DNA from: Antechinus flavipes
Taxonomy: Eukaryota
Length of the DNA stretch: 64,000 nucleotides
Assembly (NCBI RefSeq): GCF_016432865.1
Contig: NC_067398.1
Span: 324,136,001-324,200,000 of the forward strand
Direction: 5' to 3'
Position 1 is the first letter of the stretch; every line of letters begins with the position of its first letter. Shown here one piece after another: positions 55,376-64,000 of this stretch. The notes under the pieces are model-generated. The model was not told the DNA's origin. It saw only the letters and a program-made list of their open reading frames with translations, and did not search any database. Position numbers and translations under genes: made by a program.

Positions 55376-55711
55376 ATTATAGGAATTTTTAAATACATTT
55401 TGTCATAGATTCCTCTGGCAATCTGGTAAAGCCCATGAGTCTCCTCAGAATGATATTTTAAAATTCATAAAATAATTTAGGATTACAAAGGAAACCAATT
55501 ATAATGAAGTACAATTACCCAAGTTTTTTTTTTTTTTTAAATAGGTTCTCAGACTCCAAATTAAGAACTTGTGGGCTAGAAGTAGCCACATTAAAATCAA
55601 CCAAACAATCAAAATTTATTAAGGACTGTGCTTGACACATTTTATAAACTCATGGGCTTTACCAGACTGCCAGAGGGATCTATGACAAAATGTATTAAAA
55701 ATTCCTGTAAT
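55376..55711. repeat. Inverted repeat: arms 55376-55440 and 55648-55711, 207-bp spacer
   Basis: The reverse complement of arm 2 matches arm 1 with 3 substitutions and one 1-bp indel. Confidence 0.93.
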
Positions 55712-55949
55712 TTAACCCTATAAATTCAAAATAACTTTGTTGGGAGGTGAATTTCACTCTTCCCCCCCACCCCCAAATATATTGGAAAGACATTTTTGAA
55801 ATTTATTTTAAAAAGTTATTGGATCTTATTTATTTTGCTGCAGTTTATGGTAAAGAAAAGCATACATTTTTGGATCTTGAAAATACTAAATCCACTGCCT
55901 GTCTTCTCAGAGTCCCTTGTTACCAGTGGGTAGATTCTTTCTGTTCCTG

Positions 55950-56750
55950 ATGAAAGAGAATGGAGTTACAAGCTCCCGCCCCACCCCTTTAAGAGGGGTA
56001 ATGAACTGGGCTCCTCCGGTTTAATCCAACACCTCTCTTATTATGATCCTTCCCCAAATGTTGGCTCTTGGAATGTAAAGGGCTAAATTTCCACCTCTAA
56101 TTTCTATCATCCCCCAAGAGGGCACAGAATGGGAAGCTAACTTATTATGGTAATTCCCTCTCAAGTTCCGCATTGGAGAGGGAACGTAGCACACGGCTCT
56201 TTCCAGAGTACGGCTGTGACAATTTGAACTTTCTTTCTAACAGTCTCTCATTCTGTTCCGCATCCTTCCTGTCTGTGAAGGGAAGCCCTCGGGCCAGAAT
56301 CCTCTGCTAGCATGACTGCTCTAAGCACTCTGTAAATAATTTTTAAAAAGCGTAGTGTAATGTCATTTTGATGGTTTAATTTCTGGAAGGATTGGGCTAA
56401 TTACTTTTTCAGGGATGTGCGCAGACCGTTCTCCGCTGCCTGGCGTTACTTTTAATAGCAGCTGTCGCTTACCTTCCCTCTCTTTTGTTTGATTTGGGGA
56501 CCTGACCCTGGTTTAATTTAGTTTGTCTGGCAGCATTCCTGTGAGTCATGTGCAATATTTTAATGGTTAATTACTACATTATAACAACTTGTCAGAGAGC
56601 CCAAGCTGTGAAATAGTGGGGAGAACTGGTCGCCTTTCTTTGTGACAAAAGAAACCTCTCTGTGAAAGAAGGGTCGGATAAGAAGGCACTCATTTCATTC
56701 CAGAGGTGCTCCCTCACTCACAAGCTACACCTGCCCTGTTGGGAGGGCTT
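55950..56750. promoter_or_regulatory. Candidate enhancer or alternative promoter (CpG-retaining, repeat-free island in intron 6)
   Basis: 16 CpGs counted in 55977-56676, against about 1-2 in the preceding 2 kb. AP-1 TGAGTCA 56542-56548, TEAD CATTCC 56534-56539 and GGAATG 56070-56075, E-box CAGCTG 56459-56464, several TAAT words. Confidence 0.55.
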
Positions 56751-57440
56751 TATGAAGCAGTAGTGAGTAGTTTTCCTAGTCAAATAGAGGAAATAATGAA
56801 TTTGAATAGCTAGGTCCAATTTAGGGGAGGAGGAATTAAAAATGGGAATCGTATGTGTGTGTGTGTGGAGGGGTCTTTTTTACAGATTAGATTTTATTCT
56901 TTGGGGCTAAAGAAACTCCCCCAAACAGTCATGTATGGAAGAAGCTACATCATGGGCTCTTTCAGAGATGTTGAAGGATTGATATGTCAGTGATGCAGAC
57001 TAGTGGTGGAAAGACTGAAACAAAATTGGATTCTTAATTGAGATTATTTAGCTAATCTTGCTTCAGTATACTCATTTGAGTCCAAATTCACTGCATTCAT
57101 TCAGTAAACTTTTATTAAATGCCACTTGTATGCCGGGTGTTATGGTGGGGTTAATCAAGTAAACAGAAGTGTAAAATAAACGAGAATGCCTCTAGAAGCT
57201 TACACTCTGATACTCAGTCCTGGCATGTTCAGAAATAACCATAATATATAACATTAGGAGGGGTGGGGGCAAAAAAGTGAGATCCAGATAAAGTGATTTT
57301 AGTAGAGAGAAATTTTTCACTGGGAAATTAATGAAACTGGATTTGGTGTATTATAGTGTCTTCATTTATAAGTATTGATTGAGTGCTTACCAGGTGTATA
57401 ATATTTTTGTTAGATACTATCTTGCAGAATCTGTATGTTT

Positions 57441-58000
57441 TTTTTAAAAAGCTTGTGCTTCTCTTAAGAGAAGAAAACTTTTTAATTCTTGAAAAAATAA
57501 ATAAGACTAATCACTTATAGTAAAGGAAGTTCACAATCTTTCAGCATTTGGATATTTTCCCTTTACATAGTAATAACAATTGCACATGCTTAATCTATAT
57601 TGAATTGTTTGCTGTCTAAGGAAGGGGTGAGAGAGAAAATTTGGAACACAAGGTTCTGCAAAGGCAAATGTTGAAAACTATCTTTGCACGTGTTTGGAAA
57701 AAAATACTATTTTTTTTTAAAAAGCTTGTGCTTCTCTTAAGAGAAGAAAACTTTTTAATTCTTGAAAAAATAAATAAGACTAATCACTTATAGTAAAGGA
57801 AGTTCACAATCTTTCAGCTTTACATAGGGATATTTTGCCTTTACATAGTAATAACAATTGCACATGCTTAATCTATATTGAATTGTTTGCTGTCTAAGGA
57901 AGGGGTGAGAGAGAAAATTTGGAACACAAGGTTCTGCAAAGGCAAATGTTGAAAACTATCTTTGCACGTGTTTGGAAAAAAATACTATTTTTTTTAAAAA
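57441..58000 (+). repeat. Tandem duplication, unit about 273-277 bp, two copies
   Basis: gcttgtgcttctcttaagag starts at 57451 and 57724. The copies are identical except for one patch of about 20 nt and the T-run length. Confidence 0.95.
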
Positions 58001-58226
58001 GGACTTTGTCCAACCTCTTTATTTTATAGGTTAGGAAACAGGGATAGAATGAATTCCTTATGATCTAACATCTAAGATCATAATTGAGTCAAGCTTCAGA
58101 CCCAGGTCCTTTGTCTCCAAATCCTTTGTCCTTTGTCTTCTACTATGCCCCACTGCCAAGACTTCTTAAATCTTAAAATATTACTCTCCTTGGATCAGTT
58201 AACTACAAGTACACATTTTTGTCTTT

Positions 58227-59140
58227 TAGACAAAAGTAGAAATTTTGGTAGATATAATTGGGTAGGGGAATGGATATATAAAGGAGAGAAGGAAGGTAGT
58301 AAATTTAATTTCTGGTATACTGAACTTCCAATGTCTCTATTTTCCTTTTGACTTCAGCATGAAAGATTACTATACCTTTACCAATTGACCATATGCTTAA
58401 ACTATGTTCTTTTGTGCTCTTAAACCAGAGAGATTGTGGATAATGAGGACTCATAGTCTTCACACTGTTTATTGTCATCATGTTTATCAACTCAAAACAG
58501 ACTCTTACTATGCAGCCTTCAGGGAGGAGAGAAACCTAGGAGGAAATGGGAAAAGTGAGGAGGGCTCAAATGTAAAAAAACCCAAATAGATATTTACCTG
58601 ACATGTCTTTATTTGGTTCAGCTACCTTCAAACACTGTGGTTTAGGGTTTAGATAGGCAAACCTGAGGTCAGAACTGGAAATAGGGTCTTTATTTTATTC
58701 TAGAGGCAAGAAGCAACTCTTGATATTGTTAGATGGAGGTCCAAGAAATTATTTTGGTGATTGTGTAGAAGATGGATTGAATTGAAGAAAGATCTGAGGA
58801 AGAAAACCAATTAGGAAGCCTTTGTAACTGACTATATAAGAAATGATTAGGGATTGAACTAAATTGATGACTGCATTTGTAGAGAGGAATGAATGAAGGC
58901 AAGAGATAGTGTGAAGGCAGAAATAGCAAGATAGGCAATTGATTTGAGTATTTTAGGGGAGAGAGAATGAACGACTGGTGATAATGCTATCTTTATAAAA
59001 CTGGAAAACTGAAAGAATAGCGGTACCTAGACAAAAATAGAAATTTTGGTAGATATAATTGGGTAGGGGAATGGATATATAAAGGAGAGAAGGAAGGTAG
59101 TAAATTTAATTTCTGGTAAACTGAACTTCCAATGTCTCTA
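58227..59140 (+). repeat. Dispersed direct repeat: 58227-58339 and 59028-59140 (113 bp, 2 mismatches)
   Basis: tagacaaaaRtagaaattttggtag...gaacttccaatgtctcta compared base by base. Confidence 0.95.
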
Positions 59141-59250
59141 GGATATTCTGTTTGAAATGTCCATTAGGTAGTGGGGGATGTAGGACTGAAGTTCAGGATA
59201 GAAACTATATCTACATGAATAATATGAGTAGAGATGATAACAGAACCCAT
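58760..59250 (-). mobile_element. L2 fragment (donor of a 113-bp local duplication)
   Basis: Purine-rich antisense L2 body (gaaaaccaattaggaagcc..., gtttgaaatgtccattaggtag). Confidence 0.65.
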
Positions 59251-60838
59251 GAGACATGATAAAGTTATCCTTACATTACACCTTATCCCAAGAATAAATG
59301 GAAAATCCATTAGGTCCTGCCTCTATCTCTGACCCCTACAAAACATGGTAAATCAAGGGGTCTAGTTCAACTGAACTCAGTTCATTAAAATGCTCTAGAT
59401 AACTTCTCAAAGATCCCAAGGTTAGTCACTAAAAAAGGAGAATCTGATGCTTTGTAATGAGTACATTATTAAAATAATTATTGTTATTAAAATAATATTG
59501 AAATTATTCTTAGTCATTTTTTGATAGACTAACTTCCTGTGGTATGTATAGCACCTGCTCTAGGTGCATTGTACAAAATTCCAGCCCATGCCTTTGGGGA
59601 TATTTTTCATTTTAAATAAGCTACGTAGAACAGTAAATTGTGCCAACAATATAAAGCCCAGATTTCTTTAAAACAAGATGACTTACATGCAGGACTTTCC
59701 CATGGTAAAACCTCTGCCAGTAATTGAGGGAGAAAGAAAGCTAATGGAAGAGAAGGTTGTGGTTTCAAGAAAAAAAATTTTAAACTAAATTTATGATTTC
59801 ACTGGTATGGATGAACTCCATATGAAGAAACTAAACACATACACACCCATACATACACATACATGCAACTGTTCTGCAATGTATAGCTCATGTGCCTGGA
59901 ACATTAAGATTAAGTGATTTTCCTTTTGTCACACAGATGGTATGTGCCAGAAGTGGAATTTTTAGTCCAAATTTTCCTGACTCCAAGGCTTTAAAAAAAA
60001 ATCCATTAATTGCACTGGATTTTGACATATGATGCTAAGAGACAAGAGGCTTAAATACATAGGATCAGCCCATAAACTTGCTACCCTCACTAAGACAAGG
60101 TATATGAGATTACTTGTTATATTTTCCATATTGCTCTCGTCCTCCAAGACTCTTCTTTTGTAACTGTCTTTCCTGTTCCAAATCCTGATGATCATTTTTA
60201 TCCCATCTCACTTGAGTAAAAATGTCCTCAGAGAGAAAAGGATGAGGGAAGAATCACTTAGTGTGATTTACTAGGGGCTCTGATACCTTTTTCCTCCATG
60301 AGGGCTCTGGCTCCTGAATCCTACAAGGATAACCCTGGTTATGTGAACTTGAAATTAAGTGAGGTTAAATTATCATACAAATTTATTAAGGATATGTGTA
60401 GATATCATCATGAATATTAAAATATCAATCAGTATAAGTAGCACAAATTATCCCTCATTTTGGTGTTTTTGTATAGACTTAAGTCAAAGAATAAAAGGTA
60501 ATTAGCTTTTTATTTTCAAAAAGTTCAAAAATACACTCTAATTTCCAGCTACCAGCACATTTTTTCAAAGGACATTTAGAATTCACCAAGTTTCTATTTT
60601 GCTATTTAATTAAGGTTCAGTGTGGCTGATTTGAAAACTGAACAAAGTTTTGTCACCTCTCTTTTGTTTTTTACGAATTACTCTTGATCCTCTTTAATGG
60701 ACTTATTTTGAAATGAACCAACTTGGTTCGTGGATTTGTTTTTGTTGCAAAAGAATCAAGCAAACATGTTAACATTTAATCTTCTAGCACTGGAATCAGA
60801 AACAAAATTCTCAGCAACTTCCAATGCTGTTGAGAGAC

Positions 60839-61242
60839 NNNNNNNNNNNNNNNNNNNNNNNNNNNNNNNNNNNNNNNNNNNNNNNNNNNNNNNNNNNNNN
60901 NNNNNNNNNNNNNNNNNNNNNNNNNNNNNNNNNNNNNNNNNNNNNNNNNNNNNNNNNNNNNNNNNNNNNNNNNNNNNNNNNNNNNNNNNNNNNNNNNNNN
61001 NNGACTTTTGTGCATATTTTTGNNNNNNNNNNNNNNNNNNNNNNNNNNNNNNNNNNNNNNNNNNNNNNNNNNNNNNNNNNNNNNNNNNNNNNNNNNNNNN
61101 NNNNNNNNNNNNNNNNNNNNNNNNNNNNNNNNNNNNNNNNNNNNNNNNNNNNNNNNNNNNNNNNNNNNNNNNNNNNNNNNNNNNNNNNNNNNNNNNNNNN
61201 NNNNNNNNNNNNNNNNNNNNNNNNNNNNNNNNNNNNNNNNNN
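60839..61242. other. Two assembly gaps (60839-61002, 61023-61242) around a 20-bp island
   Basis: Ns. Confidence 1.
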
Positions 61243-62989
61243 AAAACGTGTAGTACGTAAATCAATCAGCTTCAATTAAGAATCGAAAATGGCAATGTAT
61301 GCAATTTGCCTGTGGGTGAATTTACCCCACAGAGTTTAATATATTAATACTTTAGCTTTGAGAATTCAGAGGTACCCTTATGGTTAATTTGTTACCTTAT
61401 AAAAATGGGATATTGCAATCAAAGATAAAGCAATGAAAGGAGTAAAAACATTGATGAACCACAGAAAGAATATGTACTGTTTGGCTTTTTATTGAATTCT
61501 AAGTCAGATTTTGAATGCTCTTATAAAGATTAGCTAAATGTGACTCTTTGAAGAAAGAAAGAAAAAAGCTTCTTGTGGTGGTCTTTCCATCTCTATAGTA
61601 ATAAAAAGAACCTTGGTAGGAATTTGAATGGGTTGTTCATTTGAAATTACTTAGCAATCTTTTTTTGAAATTAATTTGGTAGTGGCCACTAGGTGGTGAG
61701 GTCAATGTTCACTTTTGCCCTGGTCACTGGCATTTTGATTAAAGTTTAGCAAGTCATCCAGTTATTCCTTAGCTGAGCATTTATTAAGCATCTGAGTTAA
61801 ACAAATCATTGTGTTAGACAACAAGGGACATAACAAAACTTCACGAGTGTGGGCAGTTATTTAACACTTAGCTCATTCCTGCTCAGTGATCCCTGGTATT
61901 ATCTCTCTTTGTCTTTACCCCTCCTTTGGTTCCTGCATCTTCCATTCCTCCTTACTTTGTGCCTTTTGTTTTCAGAATTATCATCAAAACCATACTGCCT
62001 TTGGAAAAGAAATGTCTCTCTTGTTCCACTCACATTAGCTCCCTTCTCTAGCCACCTAATTATATATGTATTTTCTCCCCCATTTCAAAATAAGCTCCTT
62101 GAGGGTAGGCATTGACTACTTGTGATATTTATATCCCTGTTGCTTGTTATTGTTGGTGTTGTTTTCAGTTTTGTCTGAGCTTTGTGATGCCCCCATTTGG
62201 ATTATCTTGGCAGATACTGGAGTGATTTGCCATTTCCTTCTCTAGCTTATTTTACAGACAAAAATAATGGAGGCAGACAGGGTTAAGTGACTTGCCAAAG
62301 GTTACCCAGCTAGTAGGTGTCTGAGACCAGATTTGCTTTAGGAAGATGAGTCTTCCTGGCTCAAAGGAAGATGAGTCGTCTTGACTTCAAAGGTCAGGCA
62401 ATCCATCTACTGTGGCACCCATCCCTAGTACTTAGTACATATTAAAAATTTAATGAATATTTTCATTGGTTCAATCAATCATGGCATTATATGGTTATAA
62501 TTTTAGAGTTAGAAAGAACCTCATAGGCAATTTTTTCCAATATCCTTATTTTAGATAAAGAAACTGAAGCCCATAGAGATTGTGACTTGCTGAAGATAAC
62601 TTGAATAATGCGTTATATCCCAATCAGATATAACTTCTCTCACTTTGAGCCAGCTCTCATTTCATAGCACTGCATGTTTATTAAATGCCTATCAAATGCA
62701 AGGTACTGTGGTAGGTTCTGGGAATAGGAAAATAGAATTTTAAAAGCCTGCTATCAAAAAAGGTATATGTCCTTCTGGAGTGCTACATTGTGTACGCAGA
62801 TATAAGATTATACATCCTGATACAAGACTTTTCTCCTTGGATTGAGGAAGTTTATTGCTCTTTAGGGGGAATAATACTTATATGCAAATATCATCAGTCC
62901 TTCCTTGAGGTATCCTTTTCCTTCCAAGTGAGTTCTTGATGATTATGTTTTACTTAAACATAAATTTCTCTTCTTTAATGAAATAGAAA

Positions 62990-63520
62990 ATAAAAGATAG
63001 TCCTCAGGTTAATTAATTGATGAGCAGTATGACTAGGCACTCAGAAAAGGAGAGAGGATTTCTCAGAGGTAAGATTAGGAATCACTTCATGGAGGTGATG
63101 CTTGAGCAGAGCATTATGGTACTATTTCAACAAGAAGAAGGAGATGGGAAGGACACTCAGGAACAATTTCAGCATGGGAAAGAAGGCAAATAGATTCAGG
63201 TTATGCTTCTGGAACAATTTGGCTAAAGTCCTTGAAAAGGTATCATATGAGATAAATCTTAGAAGACTGAAGTCAGATTATGAAGAGCTAAGATTTGAGA
63301 TATTATTTCATAGATAATGGAGAAACAATTTAATCTTTTTAAGCTTAATACATATTTCTATAGGATGGATCGGAAAGAACCCAAAGGTAGGGAGATTAAT
63401 TAGGATTCTATTGTAATAATTCAGTTGAAAGTCAGTAAGAAGGAGGGAATAGAAATGTAAGAAAAGAGGAAAATGGATGAGGCATATTGTGAGAGTAGAA
63501 GCAATATAATCAAATTTTGA
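62990..63520 (-). mobile_element. L2 fragment
   Basis: ggaatcacttcatggaggtgatgcttgagcagagc..., gatattatttcatagataatggagaaac, typical antisense L2. Confidence 0.6.
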
Positions 63521-64000
63521 TTTCATTGTTTGAATCCAGATTCAGACATTTATTAGTTGTATTTCCTTGGGAAAATCACATAACCTCTGTCTGGAAAATC
63601 ACTTACCTTTTGTCTGCCTCAGTTTCTTCAAATACAAAATGGAGCTAATAAAAGTACTTACTTTCTAGGATTACAGTGAGGATCAAATGAAATCGTATTT
63701 GTGAAGTGTTTAGCATGGAGTTTAGCACATAGTGAGGACTTAAAGCTTCCTTCCTTCTTTCATAGAATTTAGAGATAATGTTATTTATTAAGGAAAATTG
63801 GATCTCAAATGATCATACAGTGTTTTTGATGCCATATGTTTTAAAATATAATTACTCATATTATGAGACTTGTACTGTCTGCACAATTTTAAATGTTCAC
63901 ATTGTAGAAAGCTCATTCTTAAGATATATACAATGAGATGTCTCTGTATGTTTTTGTATTCCTTTTAATTGTCTGCTTAATGAAATTGTATTGTTTTTGC

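Larger units (their letters stand above)
40181..64000 (+). other. PRUNE2: PRUNE2 intron 6 (5' part); the orthologous human intron hosts the antisense lncRNA PCA3
   Basis: Starts at the exon-6 donor. No exon-7-like sequence (NCLFHSNITSDL-type) was seen in the remaining 23.8 kb. PCA3 location in human intron 6 is established knowledge. Confidence 0.85.

Noticed and set aside
62340-62395. 25-bp tandem duplication inside a MAR1 (aggaagatgagtc... twice)
   Set aside because: Real but trivial slippage inside a SINE.

Overview
This is AT-rich, CpG-depleted marsupial genomic DNA. The SINE and L1 repertoire points to a dasyurid, Tasmanian-devil-like genome; that is an inference from repeat families, not a database result. 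The whole window lies inside one protein-coding gene on the + strand, PRUNE2 (BMCC1). Five coding exons, matching human exons 2-6, splice in frame with canonical AG/GT sites into 240 codons of the N-terminal prune/DHH-like domain: 12650-12754, 13203-13405, 21960-22123, 37039-37191 and 40086-40180. Exon 1 and exon 7 onward were not found. From 40181 to the end is intron 6, which in human hosts the antisense lncRNA PCA3. The rest is intronic repeat landscape (L1, L2, L3/CR1, CORE-SINEs, hAT MITEs, one solo LTR, microsatellites) plus four assembly gaps. Nearly all other listed ORFs are spurious. I found no clearly new gene system. The best leads are: (1) a CpG-retaining, repeat-free element at about 55.95-56.75 kb with a candidate antisense exon and a TEAD/AP-1 composite site; (2) a cluster of locally templated duplications around it, including an inverted one that would form a hairpin in the pre-mRNA; (3) the catalytic DHH motif replaced by NNN, each codon one base from D-H-H. 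Repeat family names come from recalled consensus sequences, and boundaries are approximate unless a target-site duplication (TSD) is given.
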